Positions 1 to 9,843 of a DNA stretch of 64,000 bases are shown one piece after another (the stretch's first letter is position 1; each line of letters begins with the position of its first letter). The stretch lies in NCBI GenBank assembly GCA_963617005.1, contig CAVEMY010000001.1, positions 1,655 to 65,654 on the forward strand. The letters run 5' to 3'. The notes under the pieces were generated by a model. That model was not told the origin of the DNA. It saw only the letters and a list, made by a program, of their open reading frames with translations, and did no database searches. The DNA is from Parabacteroides distasonis (GTDB lineage: Bacteria > Pseudomonadota > Gammaproteobacteria > Burkholderiales > Burkholderiaceae_F). A program made the translations under genes and the position numbers.

Positions 1-282
1 AAGGCCATAGAACTTTCTGGCGGCAACGACGCGGCAATTTTGGATTCGATGGGTTGGCTTAAATTTCGGGAAGGAAAATTCAAAGAAGCTGAAACCTGGT
101 TAAGAAAAGCACTGAAGTTAGACAGTAAAGAGCCTGAAATTACCCTGCATCTAGCCACCGTCCTTCTGATGGAAAAACGGTTTTCAGAGGCAAAGGCTTT
201 GGTTAATGCCGTTTTAAAAGAGCATCCTGAAAACCCCGAGGCGCTTTCTTTGGCTGACCAATTAAAGGATGCCACGCGATGA
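1..282 (+). CDS. TPR-repeat protein, C-terminal fragment (5' end lies outside the window)
   Basis: Frame 1 is open from base 1 through the listed ORF 40..282. The sequence is TPR-like helical repeat (WLRKALKLD...EAKALVNAVLKEHPENPEAL). Its stop overlaps the lolB start (ATGA). Confidence 0.55.
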   Translation, partial: KAIELSGGNDAAILDSMGWLKFREGKFKEAETWLRKALKLDSKEPEITLHLATVLLMEKRFSEAKALVNAVLKEHPENPEALSLADQLKDATR

Positions 283-809
283 TCGCTCGTAGGACATTGC
301 TTTTCTCTGCTGCGCTTCTCTCTTTAGGAGGGTGCTCTGTCTTTCACGAAGAAAGAGTTCCCGAGCGTCGCTTTATCGGGCAGTTCTCCGTTCAAGAAAA
401 GGATGGGGCTAAGCGTCGCTTTTCAGCACGGTTTCGACTCGACAAAAGTTCTGAAGCACTCTTTCTTACGATTCTTGGACCATTGAACGCCACTCTCGCT
501 CGCCTTGAAGTCGCACAAAATAAGGCGGTTTATACCGAAATGGGGAAAGACCCCATTGTTAGCGACAACGCCGAAGAACTTTTTACGCAATTAATCGGCT
601 TTCCGGTTTCAATAGCCCTTTTCTTAAGTTGGCTATCGGGCATCCCAAATCCCGATGTTACTTTCGAGAAAATTAGTGCCTCGTCTTTTCGTCAAGCGGG
701 CTTCTTGGTAACGATTACTGAGCCCGAAGCGCCCAATACCGCAAGGCGCCTTCGCGTTGAAAATGCCCACTACTTAGTTTCCCTTGCCGCTAGCGAGGTC
801 GCCCTCTAA
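279..809 (+). CDS. lolB: Outer-membrane lipoprotein LolB (lipoprotein insertion)
   Basis: Signal peptide with lipobox LLSLGG|C. Size is about 176 aa. It occupies the conserved position directly upstream of ispE, overlapping it by 1 nt. Confidence 0.7.
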   Translation: MIARRTLLFSAALLSLGGCSVFHEERVPERRFIGQFSVQEKDGAKRRFSARFRLDKSSEALFLTILGPLNATLARLEVAQNKAVYTEMGKDPIVSDNAEELFTQLIGFPVSIALFLSWLSGIPNPDVTFEKISASSFRQAGFLVTITEPEAPNTARRLRVENAHYLVSLAASEVAL

Positions 810-1669
810 TGACTACGGTTCTACAAAACCTCCCAGCGCCTGCAAAACTTAATTTGTTTTTGCATATTGTGGGAAGAAGACCCGACGGCTATCACGAACT
901 TGAATCGGTCTTTGTTCTCATTGATTTAGCCGATAGTCTTACGTTTGAGCGACTTGAAGCACCGACCTTTGAGCGTACTGGCGACTTAACTGGTCCCGTT
1001 GAGAGCGACCTAACCGTTCGAGCCGCCAAACTTTTAGCGCAAAAAACTCAGTGCCCATTGGGAGCCAAGATTCACGTGACTAAACGCATCCCCGTGGGAG
1101 CTGGAATGGGAGGCGGGTCAAGCGATGCAGCAACGACACTAATTGCCCTCAATTCCCTCTGGAATTTAAATCTTAGTAAAAAAGCGTTAGCCGAAATTGG
1201 TCTTCAATTAGGAGCCGATATTCCCTTTTTCCTTTTCGGGGGAAATGCTTTTGCCGCTGGCATCGGTGAGGAACTCACAGAAATTCACGTCCCCGAATCC
1301 CCTGTTGCCATCGTAATGCCTAGCGTTGGCACCTCAACAAAGGCCATTTATACGGCGCCTGACTTAAAAAGAAACTGCGAACACGTCACGCCTCAAGTCG
1401 TGCAAAAAGCTTTCGATGCCTCTTGGCCCGCTTTATTTGGAACCAATGTGATGCAAGCTGTTGCAGAGCGCATCAATCCCCAAATTCAAGAGGCTTTAAC
1501 CATCCTTGGACCCCAATCACGAATGACGGGATCAGGGTCCGCGGTCTTTAAAATCCTCAAGGATTTCGAAGCGGAAAAAGACGTTTTCCGTTGTCTTCCG
1601 ACATCTTTTCGGGGGTACTTTGCAAAAATTCTCGCTTCTCACCCCCTGAAATCGAGCCCTCTGGGGTAG
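809..1669 (+). CDS. ispE: 4-diphosphocytidyl-2-C-methyl-D-erythritol kinase
   Basis: N-terminal APAKLNLFLHIVGRRPDGYHEL and GHMP-kinase motif PVGAGMGGGSSDAA. Sits in lolB-ispE-tRNA-Gln-prs synteny. Confidence 0.9.
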   Translation: MTTVLQNLPAPAKLNLFLHIVGRRPDGYHELESVFVLIDLADSLTFERLEAPTFERTGDLTGPVESDLTVRAAKLLAQKTQCPLGAKIHVTKRIPVGAGMGGGSSDAATTLIALNSLWNLNLSKKALAEIGLQLGADIPFFLFGGNAFAAGIGEELTEIHVPESPVAIVMPSVGTSTKAIYTAPDLKRNCEHVTPQVVQKAFDASWPALFGTNVMQAVAERINPQIQEALTILGPQSRMTGSGSAVFKILKDFEAEKDVFRCLPTSFRGYFAKILASHPLKSSPLG

Positions 1670-1688
1670 AATACGGCGTTTTTCTCGT

Positions 1689-1764
1689 AGGGGTGTCGCC
1701 AAGTGGTTAAGGCACCGGATTTTGATTCCGGCATTCGATGGTTCGAATCCATCCTCCCCTGCCA
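1689..1764 (+). tRNA. tRNA-Gln (anticodon TTG)
   Basis: Folded by hand as a cloverleaf, very similar to E. coli tRNA-Gln. Anticodon arm is ccgga-ttTTGat-tccgg, the T-loop is ggttcgaatcc, and the 3' CCA is encoded. One T-T mismatch occurs in the acceptor stem. Confidence 0.85.
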
Positions 1765-1774
1765 GCCTTTTGAC

Positions 1775-1801
1775 GCGACGAAAATACCGCTTTTCCGTCG
1801 C
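1775..1801 (+). terminator. Possible hairpin terminator after tRNA-Gln
   Basis: GCGACGAAAA...TTTTCCGTCGC imperfect stem followed by T-rich sequence (ttaagttgttgatttt). Confidence 0.35.
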
Positions 1802-1898
1802 TTAAGTTGTTGATTTTATTGATATCAGCGGCTCTTTCAAACTTAACGAAGTTTAGCCGCATCACCGCGCTACGCGGCGTTTGCGAAAGGTGTTGATT

Positions 1899-2861
1899 AT
1901 GCCCACAATGTGTCCGGATGATGTGAAAATCTTCTCTGGCAATGCCAATCCAAAACTAGCTCACGCCGTTGCGCAGTATCTGAATATCCCGATGGGGCGA
2001 GCCACAGTCAACCGCTTCGCAGATGGCGAAGTGATGGTTGAAATCAATGAAAATGTTCGTGGTTCCGACGTCTTTATCGTTCAGAGCACGTGCTCTCCCA
2101 CAAACGACAACTTAATGGAAGTGATGATTATGGTCGATGCGCTGCGTCGCGCCTCGGCTCGTCGTATCACCGCTGTGATGCCCTATTACGGATACGCTCG
2201 TCAGGATCGTCGTCCGCGTTCGACGCGCGTTGCGATTTCTGCGAAGGTCGTTGCCAACATGCTTCAGAGCGTTGGGGTAAGCCGCGTTCTTACGATGGAT
2301 TTACACGCCGACCAGATTCAGGGCTTTTTCGACGTTCCCGTTGACAATATTTACGCCACTCCCCTCCTTTTAGGTGACTTAGTTGCGCACAACTACTCGG
2401 ATTTGATGGTTGTGTCTCCTGACGTGGGTGGCGTTGTTCGAGCGCGTGCGATGGCAAAACTTCTTGGCGTTGATCTTGCGATTATCGATAAGCGCCGCCC
2501 GAAGGCCAACGTTGCAGAAATCATGAACATTATCGGTGACGTGAATGCACACACTTGCGTGATCACTGACGACATCGTCGATACCGCTGGAACGCTTTGC
2601 AACGCCGCTGGCGCCTTAAAAGAGCGCGGCGCAACACGCGTTTTAGCCTATATTTCTCACCCCGTTCTCTCGAGAAACGCCGTGGAAAGAATTACAAACT
2701 CCGCATTGGACGAACTCGTTGTCACAGACACGATTCCATTGAGTCCTGCGGCACAAGCCTGCCCGAAGATTCGCCAGTTAAGTTGCGCACCTTTGGTCGG
2801 CGAAACGATTTCGCGCATTGCGCGTGAAAATTCTGTGAGCGCTTTGTTCACAGGAAATTAA
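1899..2861 (+). CDS. prs: Ribose-phosphate pyrophosphokinase (PRPP synthetase)
   Basis: [11 protein letters not shown]..., [19 protein letters not shown], and PRPP-binding loop DDIVDTAGT. The listed ORF starts at TTG 1881. ATG at 1899 or 1908 is more likely as the start. Confidence 0.9.
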   Translation: MPTMCPDDVKIFSGNANPKLAHAVAQYLNIPMGRATVNRFADGEVMVEINENVRGSDVFIVQSTCSPTNDNLMEVMIMVDALRRASARRITAVMPYYGYARQDRRPRSTRVAISAKVVANMLQSVGVSRVLTMDLHADQIQGFFDVPVDNIYATPLLLGDLVAHNYSDLMVVSPDVGGVVRARAMAKLLGVDLAIIDKRRPKANVAEIMNIIGDVNAHTCVITDDIVDTAGTLCNAAGALKERGATRVLAYISHPVLSRNAVERITNSALDELVVTDTIPLSPAAQACPKIRQLSCAPLVGETISRIARENSVSALFTGN

Positions 2862-2950
2862 TAAAAAACGAATCCGCCCTTTCTCTTGACTGGTCGCGGT
2901 CGAGAAAGTAAGCGGCATTTAATTGATCCTACTTTTTGGAGTATTACATT

Positions 2951-3613
2951 ATGAAAGTCATCGCCATTACGCGTAAAGCGCAGGGAACGAGTGCGAGCCG
3001 CCGCCTGCGCCGCGAAAACAAAGTTCCGGGAATTCTTTACGGAAACAATGTTGCCGCAACGCCCATTGAACTCGACCATAAAGAGCTTTTCTATGATTTG
3101 CAGAAAGAAAAGTTCCATGCCTCGATTTTGACGATGGAATTAGACGGCAAAGACGAACTCGTCGTTTTGCGTTCCTTCCAGATGCACCCCTACAAGAACC
3201 AGTGCTTGCACGTTGACTTCCAACGCATTGACCCGAATTCGAACGTGACAATGCGCGTGCCGTTGCACTTCTTCGGTGAAGAAACAAGTCCGGCTGTCAA
3301 GCTTGAAAATGGCTTTATTAGCCACATTATTTCGAGCGTTGACTTGGTCTGCTTACCCAAGGACTTGCCGGAATTTATCGATGTGGATTTGTCTGGCATG
3401 ACGGGAGCTGCCACACTGCGTGTGAGCGACTTGAAGCTACCGGAAAACGTCAAGGCCGTTAACCCGAATCAGCCTGTTGCCACAGTGACAACGATTGCTG
3501 AAGATACGCCTGCTGCTGAGGCTGCGGCTCCTGCCGACGCTACGGCTGCCGCTGCTCCTGCTGCTGAAGCGGCTCCGGCGGCTGATGCGGCTAAGGAAGA
3601 AAAGAAGGCCTAA
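2951..3613 (+). CDS. rplY: 50S ribosomal protein L25/Ctc form with Ala/Pro-rich C-terminal tail
   Basis: MKVIAITRKAQGTSASRRLRRENKVPGILYG is a typical L25/Ctc N-terminus. Lies in prs-rplY-pth synteny. Start chosen at the internal ATG of ORF 2936..3613. Confidence 0.85.
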   Translation: MKVIAITRKAQGTSASRRLRRENKVPGILYGNNVAATPIELDHKELFYDLQKEKFHASILTMELDGKDELVVLRSFQMHPYKNQCLHVDFQRIDPNSNVTMRVPLHFFGEETSPAVKLENGFISHIISSVDLVCLPKDLPEFIDVDLSGMTGAATLRVSDLKLPENVKAVNPNQPVATVTTIAEDTPAAEAAAPADATAAAAPAAEAAPAADAAKEEKKA

Positions 3614-3635
3614 GCCTTTCTTCTTCACTAAGAAA

Positions 3636-3675
3636 GGTTCGCCTTCCAAACTCGGTTGGCGAACCTTTTCTCTTA
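3636..3675 (+). terminator. Intrinsic terminator/attenuator between rplY and pth
   Basis: Perfect 8-bp stem GGTTCGCC/GGCGAACC followed by TTTTCTCTT. Confidence 0.5.
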
Positions 3676-3682
3676 AAAGAAC

Positions 3683-4312
3683 ATGGCAAATTCTCAAAAC
3701 ATCCGTCTTTTGGTAGGTCTCGGAAATCCTGGCAGTAGCTACGCTGGAACGCGCCACAACGCAGGTTTCGACTTTCTCGATCTCATCGCGAAAGACGCGA
3801 AAATCAGTTTCCGAGAGGAAGCGCGGTTTTTTGGGCTTCTTGCGCGTCTTACGACAGAAGCGGGAGACCTTTGGCTACTAAAGCCCACAACCTTCATGAA
3901 TCTCTCGGGACAATCGGTTCAGTCTGTTGCCTCGTACTACAAAATCGCGCCTGAAGAGATTCTTGTGGCGCACGATGAGCTCGATTTGGTTCCTGGCACG
4001 ATGAAGATTAAGCTCGGAGGCGGAAACGCTGGGCACAACGGCTTAAAAGACATCACAGAAAAGTTGGGGACCCCGAACTTTTGGCGGCTTCGCTTTGGTA
4101 TCGGTCACCCACGCGTCTTTTGCCCACAAATGCAAGTCTACGATTGGGTCTTAGGTCGGGCACCAGCAGAACAGCGAGAGCCCCTTGATACGTGCCTAAA
4201 AGCCGCAACCAAAATCGTGGATAATCTAATCTCTGGCAAGATGGCAAGCGTTGAGCGCACGATTGGAAAATTCGCTCACGCCCCAAAAGCCAAGCTAGAA
4301 GAGGAGAATTGA
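3683..4312 (+). CDS. pth: Peptidyl-tRNA hydrolase
   Basis: LLVGLGNPGSSYAGTRHNAGF... and GHNGLKDI motifs. Confidence 0.9.
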   Translation: MANSQNIRLLVGLGNPGSSYAGTRHNAGFDFLDLIAKDAKISFREEARFFGLLARLTTEAGDLWLLKPTTFMNLSGQSVQSVASYYKIAPEEILVAHDELDLVPGTMKIKLGGGNAGHNGLKDITEKLGTPNFWRLRFGIGHPRVFCPQMQVYDWVLGRAPAEQREPLDTCLKAATKIVDNLISGKMASVERTIGKFAHAPKAKLEEEN

Positions 4313-4316
4313 ATAA

Positions 4317-4811
4317 ATGACAGTGAAGTTATTGATGAGCGCCTGCCTAGTTGGGCAGTGCTGCCGCTATGATGCAAGAACACTACCGAGCGTTGTCGAT
4401 AAACGGCTTCACGTCATGCTCAATATCGGTGAAGTCGCGGTCCTTTGCCCTGAGTGCGCTGGCGGTCTTGATACCCCACGCGAAGCAGCTGAGATTGAAC
4501 CTGGGAAAACCGCTCAAGATGTTTTAGACGGAAAGGCCCGCGTCTTAACAAAGAGTGGAGCCGATCTCACAGAGGCTTATGTGAAAGGCGCGGAAAAATT
4601 CGTCTCTCTCGCTAAAAAGTACAATGTGAACACAGCTGTACTTAAGTCTAAGAGCCCGAGCTGCTCGACTTGCGAGGTTTACGATGGCACGCACACTGGA
4701 AAATGCGTCCCGGGACAAGGCGTAGCAGCGTGTGCTCTCAAAAATGCGGGCGTCACTCTTTTTGATGAAACCGAAGTCAAGAAAGCCCTTGACTTCGTAG
4801 AAAACAAATAA
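4317..4811 (+). CDS. DUF523 family protein (TudS-like, Cys-rich, putative Fe-S thio-nucleobase desulfurase family)
   Basis: [30 protein letters not shown] and LKSKSPSCS...YDG motifs, which are characteristic of DUF523. Confidence 0.7.
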   Translation: MTVKLLMSACLVGQCCRYDARTLPSVVDKRLHVMLNIGEVAVLCPECAGGLDTPREAAEIEPGKTAQDVLDGKARVLTKSGADLTEAYVKGAEKFVSLAKKYNVNTAVLKSKSPSCSTCEVYDGTHTGKCVPGQGVAACALKNAGVTLFDETEVKKALDFVENK

Positions 4812-4827
4812 TTATCTAGGTACGACT

Positions 4828-5922
4828 ATGGGACTTAAATGCGGAATCGTCGGATTGCCGAATGTCGGAAAATCCACTCTTTTTAATGCTTTAACGAAAG
4901 CGGGTATTGCGGCAGAAAACTATCCATTTTGCACAATCGAGCCCAATGTCGGCATCGTGGAAGTGCCCGATACGCGCCTAGCGGCGCTTGCGAAGATTGT
5001 CAATCCCGCACGTATCGTACCTGCCACTGTTGAATTTGTGGATATCGCTGGATTGGTTGCAGGAGCTAGTAAAGGCGAAGGCCTCGGGAACCAGTTCCTC
5101 GCCAACATTCGTGAATGCGATGCGATTGCTCACATCGTCCGTTGCTTTAACGACTCCAATGTCGTTCACGTGGCAGGAAAGGTCGACCCCATTGAAGATA
5201 TTGGCGTTATCAACACCGAACTTGCCTTGGCTGACCTCGCTAGTGTCGAAAAGGCACTCAATCGCTATCAAAAGCAAGCCCGCCAAGGGGGAGACAAAGA
5301 AGCGTTGAAACTTGTTTTAGCGCTTGAAAAGGTCGCTCCCTTACTTAACGAAGGAAAACCCGCTCGTGCCGCGAATCTTACAAAAGAAGAAATCGAGCAA
5401 CTTCACCCCTTATTCCTTTTGACGTTAAAGCCCGTGATGTATGTAGCAAACGTCGATGATGCAGGATTTGAAAATAATCCCCTGCTCGACGCTGTGCGTG
5501 AGTACGCGGCAAAAGAAAATGCGCCCGTGGTTGCCATTTGCGCGAAAACCGAAGCGGAAATTGCCGATATGGATGCGGAAGACAAAGCCGTCTTCTTAGA
5601 AGATATGGGGATGACTGAAGCTGGGTTAGATCGCGTCATCCGTGCGGGATTCTCTCTTCTTGGTCTACAAACGTTCTTTACAGCCGGCCCCAAAGAAGTA
5701 CGTGCTTGGACCATTCACAAGGGAGATACGGCTCCGAAGGCCGCTGGCGTCATTCACACAGACTTCGAACGCGGTTTTATTCGTGCGCAAACGATTGCCT
5801 ATAGCGACTATGTTGCCTTGGGCGGTGAAAAAGGCGCACAAGAGGCCGGGAAGATGCGCGCCGAAGGCAAAGACTACGTCGTTTGCGACGGCGACGTGAT
5901 GAACTTCCTCTTTAACGTCTAG
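4828..5922 (+). CDS. ychF: Redox-regulated ribosome-binding ATPase YchF
   Basis: [19 protein letters not shown]-loop, [10 protein letters not shown], and C-terminal TGS-like FIRAQTIAY...[17 protein letters not shown]. Confidence 0.95.
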   Translation: MGLKCGIVGLPNVGKSTLFNALTKAGIAAENYPFCTIEPNVGIVEVPDTRLAALAKIVNPARIVPATVEFVDIAGLVAGASKGEGLGNQFLANIRECDAIAHIVRCFNDSNVVHVAGKVDPIEDIGVINTELALADLASVEKALNRYQKQARQGGDKEALKLVLALEKVAPLLNEGKPARAANLTKEEIEQLHPLFLLTLKPVMYVANVDDAGFENNPLLDAVREYAAKENAPVVAICAKTEAEIADMDAEDKAVFLEDMGMTEAGLDRVIRAGFSLLGLQTFFTAGPKEVRAWTIHKGDTAPKAAGVIHTDFERGFIRAQTIAYSDYVALGGEKGAQEAGKMRAEGKDYVVCDGDVMNFLFNV

Positions 5923-6470
5923 AGAAGTAAAAGTCCGGTACTTGCCGGAACCACGACAAAAGCATCAAGGGCGCTTAATAGGATAAAAAGCACAATAGGC
6001 GAAAGATCCAAGCGCCCGACGGTCGGGAGAATGCGTCGCAAGGGCCGCAAAAACGGGTCGACTAATGTCGCCAAAAGCGCGTAGTACGGCGAAAATGGGT
6101 TTGCAAAGAAACTCATCACACAGTAAAAAATCAAACACCACGTCAGTAAATCAATAGCCCAACGAAGGACCAGGGCAAAAGGCGCTAGCGCAAAAGATAG
6201 GCCTGTCGCAGGAAACCCTGTCACCTCTCGAGCTAAGAGCGTTGCAACAAAGGCAACAAGAAGAGCTGAAAGCAAACTTGCCCAATCCCAATTGCCTCGC
6301 GCACGCACAACATAAGCAATAGGATTGACGAGCCAATCGGTAAATTTCCACGCAAAGCGAACCATTGGGTCTCTTGGGCTAATCGCCAGTGTCCAAAGAT
6401 AGGCGCGAAGCAAAATGACGCATCCCAAAAGAGAAGCAATTAAATTGACTAACCAATAAAGAAAATTCAT
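5919..6470 (-). CDS. YggT family integral membrane protein
   Basis: 183 aa, polytopic and hydrophobic, with duplicated YggT-like repeats ([10 protein letters not shown]... and [12 protein letters not shown]). Convergent with ychF, with a 4-nt overlap. Confidence 0.6.
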   Translation of the reverse strand: MNFLYWLVNLIASLLGCVILLRAYLWTLAISPRDPMVRFAWKFTDWLVNPIAYVVRARGNWDWASLLSALLVAFVATLLAREVTGFPATGLSFALAPFALVLRWAIDLLTWCLIFYCVMSFFANPFSPYYALLATLVDPFLRPLRRILPTVGRLDLSPIVLFILLSALDAFVVVPASTGLLLL

Positions 6471-6488
6471 CCGTAATCCTTTAGCTCT

Positions 6489-7127
6489 TTAGACAAGCTT
6501 TCCGATATCCCGTTGTGCCCGTTTTAAGCTACGAGCCACAGAAGCGGCTGCTCCTGGAAACTCTGGCGCACCAAAGTTTTCTCGCGCCTTTTCGAGCCTT
6601 TCCCAATCAAAGTGAGGACCGGGATCGGTTTTTCTGCCTGGTGCCACATCGCTATGCGCCACAATCGCCGCAAGGGGGTAGCGCTTTGATATCGCTTTTA
6701 GGAGTTTAACAAGACTTCGGTACTGGGCGTCTTCAAACTCCACATCATCCGTTCCCTCGAGCTCGATACCAATGGAGAAGTCGTTACAGTTATCGCGCCC
6801 TAAGTAGGAGCTTATTCCTGCGTGCCAGGCGCGTTTCTCACAACTTACAAATTGTTCGATTACACCCTCTCTTGAAACAAAAAAGTGCGAAGAAACGCGT
6901 AGTCCCTCTAAATCCGCCAAGCGCGCATCTTTTGTTGTATCAAGAGTCCCTAAAAAAAGTTGCTGCACGTCACCTGTGCCAAATTCTCCAGGGGGCAACG
7001 TGATGTTATGCAAAATAACAAGACTCGGAATTACGCCTTCAGGGCGCTCATTAAAGTGGTTTGAAGGCGAAATCAGAACGCCTTTTGCCCAGCCATTCTC
7101 GTCAATGGAAATCGCCTTTGGTCTCAT
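6489..7127 (-). CDS. ampD: 1,6-anhydro-N-acetylmuramyl-L-alanine amidase AmpD
   Basis: NHFNERP...LVILHNITLPPGEFG, HFFVSREG..EQFV, RAWHAG.S, NDFSIGIELEG, and HSDVAPGRKTDPGP (amidase_2 family). Confidence 0.8.
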   Translation of the reverse strand: MRPKAISIDENGWAKGVLISPSNHFNERPEGVIPSLVILHNITLPPGEFGTGDVQQLFLGTLDTTKDARLADLEGLRVSSHFFVSREGVIEQFVSCEKRAWHAGISSYLGRDNCNDFSIGIELEGTDDVEFEDAQYRSLVKLLKAISKRYPLAAIVAHSDVAPGRKTDPGPHFDWERLEKARENFGAPEFPGAAASVARSLKRAQRDIGKLV

Positions 7128-7384
7128 TTTTCGTTGCGAGCCTTGGCCCTACAGGCTTCAGAGCAGTACTTGACGCCGTCGCCTAAAACAGCTTCTTCTT
7201 CTGCAAAGTGCGTTTTGCACACCGGACACTCGCAAAGACGAATGAGCTTCTTTTTTGATGCACGACTTGACACGCGACTCTTTTTCTTCGGGCGCTTTTT
7301 CTTTTCAATAAAGCCTGAGAGCGCCGTGCGAACAAGAGCATAAAGGACAATGCCTAGGCCAATGAAAAAGAGAATTCGTCCCAT
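7124..7384 (-). CDS. Small membrane-anchored zinc-ribbon protein (PP0621-like family)
   Basis: N-terminal TM helix, a Lys/Arg-rich linker, and C-terminal CxxC...YCSxxC (CECPVCKTHF...YCSEAC). Its stop overlaps the ampD start by 4 nt. Confidence 0.5.
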   Translation of the reverse strand: MGRILFFIGLGIVLYALVRTALSGFIEKKKRPKKKSRVSSRASKKKLIRLCECPVCKTHFAEEEAVLGDGVKYCSEACRAKARNEK

Positions 7385-7396
7385 CAGCGCATCCCC

Positions 7397-8206
7397 TTAG
7401 AAGCCCTTTAACTCAATAAACAGGCGATAGACAAGATAGGCAACAGCCAAAGCGGCCGCTCCCACCCAAAACCAAATAAGGGCGGTCTTACCGCGCCACC
7501 CGAATCGATAGCGACCGATTAAAAGCACGGCAAAGACAATCCAGGATATCCACGTTAAAAGTGTCTTGTGATCGAAATCAAAGAGCACATTCCAGTATTC
7601 GCTTGTTACCCAAGCGCCAAAGATAAGGACGCCTGTAAGACACACAAAGCCGCAGAGGATGATCCGAAAGAAAATGCGCTCCATAGCCATCAAATCGGGC
7701 ATATTCGCTAGCCACCCGCTATCGACGTTGCCGCTTGGGTGTTTCATCTTTCGAGAAAGGGCCGAAAGAAGCACGGCCTGCACCGCAGCATCGATCGTAA
7801 AGCCGTAGGCTAAAAAGGCAAGCACCAAATGCGCCTTAAAGGCAAAGGTAGCCTCGCTTGAGATTACAAAGCCTGAGAAAAATTGCGGTAAAACAGAGGC
7901 AGGCACTGCCAGAAGGAAAACAAAGCCTGTCAAGACCGTCACACGGCGAATCGCACTTTCGACAATAATGACAAAGGCTGCGGCCCAAAGCGCCAAGGAA
8001 AGTGCATAGGCAAAACCAAAGCGCACGCTATCGGCAAAGATTCCGTGCCAAAGAGCAAGTCCGTGCAAAGCAAGGGCTAATAAGCCGCCGTACAAAAGCG
8101 TGCGACTAGCTTGAGCCTGAGACGTACGTAGCGTGCGCAAAATAAGCACGCCATAGACGCCATATAAGAAGGCTGCTGCCCAAGCAACAGGAAAGCCACT
8201 TTGCAT
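7397..8206 (-). CDS. Cytochrome c assembly family inner-membrane protein (YpjD/CcsA-like)
   Basis: 269 aa polytopic protein with a Trp-rich C-terminal region (LLTWISWIVF...GWRGKTALIWFWVG). Divergent from ffh, as ypjD is in E. coli. Confidence 0.65.
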   Translation of the reverse strand: MQSGFPVAWAAAFLYGVYGVLILRTLRTSQAQASRTLLYGGLLALALHGLALWHGIFADSVRFGFAYALSLALWAAAFVIIVESAIRRVTVLTGFVFLLAVPASVLPQFFSGFVISSEATFAFKAHLVLAFLAYGFTIDAAVQAVLLSALSRKMKHPSGNVDSGWLANMPDLMAMERIFFRIILCGFVCLTGVLIFGAWVTSEYWNVLFDFDHKTLLTWISWIVFAVLLIGRYRFGWRGKTALIWFWVGAAALAVAYLVYRLFIELKGF

Positions 8207-8415
8207 TCGGTTTTCTCTCCAAACTCTTTATTCGGTCTTTTGTGCGCTTTTTCTACGGCTTTTTTATGAAGAAAAGAGCGCATCGCCCGAGCTTGTGATG
8301 CCTTAAAATAAGGCTCACTTTTGACGCACATTGCGACAAGTACGATTGTAGATGAAACTTAAAGGCGAGCGCGGCTCCCTTTTCGATTTAAAGAACGCCA
8401 ACAGCATAGATAATT

Positions 8416-9831
8416 ATGTTTGATAACTTAACAACAAAACTCGCGCATATCGTGAAAACGATGCGCGGTCAGGCTCGCTTAACAGAAGAAAATACGCGCG
8501 ATATGCTCCGAGAGGTGCGCTTAGCGCTCTTAGAAGCTGACGTAGCGCTTCCCGTTGTTCGCGAACTTACGAGCCGCATTAAAGCCAAAGCCCTTGGCCA
8601 AGAAGTAATCGGCTCTTTAAATCCTGGTCAAGCTCTCGTTGGCGTTGTGGAAAAGGAGCTTACGGCTGTAATCGGGGGCGACCTCTCGCGCGAAGAGCAA
8701 AGCATTCGCCTGAATGTGCAGCCTCCAGCTGTGATTCTCTTAGCAGGTCTACAAGGTGCTGGTAAAACAACGACCGCAGGAAAGCTTGCGAAATACCTCA
8801 TTGAAACCACGAAAAAGCGCATCCTCACGGTTTCAGCTGACGTTTATCGACCCGCGGCTATCGAGCAGTTAAAGACCGTAAGCGCTCAGGCTGGAGCTGA
8901 GTTCTTCCCAAGTTCTGTGGGTGAGACGCCGCTTTCGATTGTTCAAAACGCTCTCGATTACGCCAAACACCACCTCTTTGATGTGCTGATTGTCGATACG
9001 GCAGGTCGCTTAGCAATCGACGAAGCGATGATGCAAGAGATTTCTGCGCTATCTGATTTTCTAAAGCCCGCTGAAACGCTCTTTGTCGTTGACGCGATGC
9101 TCGGTCAAGACGCTGTGAATACGGCTCGGGCCTTTAACGAACGATTAAGCCTCACAGGCGTCATTCTCACGAAATTAGATGGTGATAGCCGAGGGGGTGC
9201 TGCGCTTTCTGTGCGTTGCGTCACGGGAAAACCCATTAAGTTTGTGGGTACGGCTGAAAAGCTCGACGGGTTTGAACCCTTTAATCCCGAGCAGATGGCA
9301 GGCCGCATTCTTGGCATGGGAGATATTGTGTCTCTTGTGCGAGATGTTGCCAAAAACGTCGATATCGCTCAAGCGCAAAAGCTTGCTGCAAAACTGAAAT
9401 CGAGCAGTCGCTTTGATCTCGAAGATTACCGCGCACAGATTATGCAGGTGAAAAACATGGGAAGCTTCTCCAATATCCTCGAAAAGCTTCCCTCGCAGTT
9501 GCAAGAAGCCGCCTCTCACGTCAATGAAGAAAGCGCCTCTCGCACCTTGCGCCACACAGAAGGTATTTTGAATTCCATGACGCCAAAAGAGCGGCGCAAC
9601 CCCGATTTGATTAAAGCGAGTCGCAAACGTCGTATTGCAGCGGGTGCTGGCGTTTCTGTGCAAGAAGTCAATCGCGTCTTAAAGCAATTTGAACAAACAC
9701 GCGACATGATGAAAAAGATGAAGAAAGGGGGACTCGCGCGCATGATGCGCTCGATGGGGTCTTTCATGGGAGGGGGCTTTCCTGGGATGGGAGGAGGACT
9801 ACCTCCTGGAATGGGTGGTTTCCCCCGCTAA
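8416..9831 (+). CDS. ffh: Signal recognition particle protein Ffh
   Basis: GLQGAGKTTTAGKLA, DTAGRL, TKLDGDSRGGAALS, and a Met-rich M domain with a Gly/Met tail. Confidence 0.95.
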   Translation: MFDNLTTKLAHIVKTMRGQARLTEENTRDMLREVRLALLEADVALPVVRELTSRIKAKALGQEVIGSLNPGQALVGVVEKELTAVIGGDLSREEQSIRLNVQPPAVILLAGLQGAGKTTTAGKLAKYLIETTKKRILTVSADVYRPAAIEQLKTVSAQAGAEFFPSSVGETPLSIVQNALDYAKHHLFDVLIVDTAGRLAIDEAMMQEISALSDFLKPAETLFVVDAMLGQDAVNTARAFNERLSLTGVILTKLDGDSRGGAALSVRCVTGKPIKFVGTAEKLDGFEPFNPEQMAGRILGMGDIVSLVRDVAKNVDIAQAQKLAAKLKSSSRFDLEDYRAQIMQVKNMGSFSNILEKLPSQLQEAASHVNEESASRTLRHTEGILNSMTPKERRNPDLIKASRKRRIAAGAGVSVQEVNRVLKQFEQTRDMMKKMKKGGLARMMRSMGSFMGGGFPGMGGGLPPGMGGFPR

Positions 9832-9843
9832 TTGAGAAGCACA

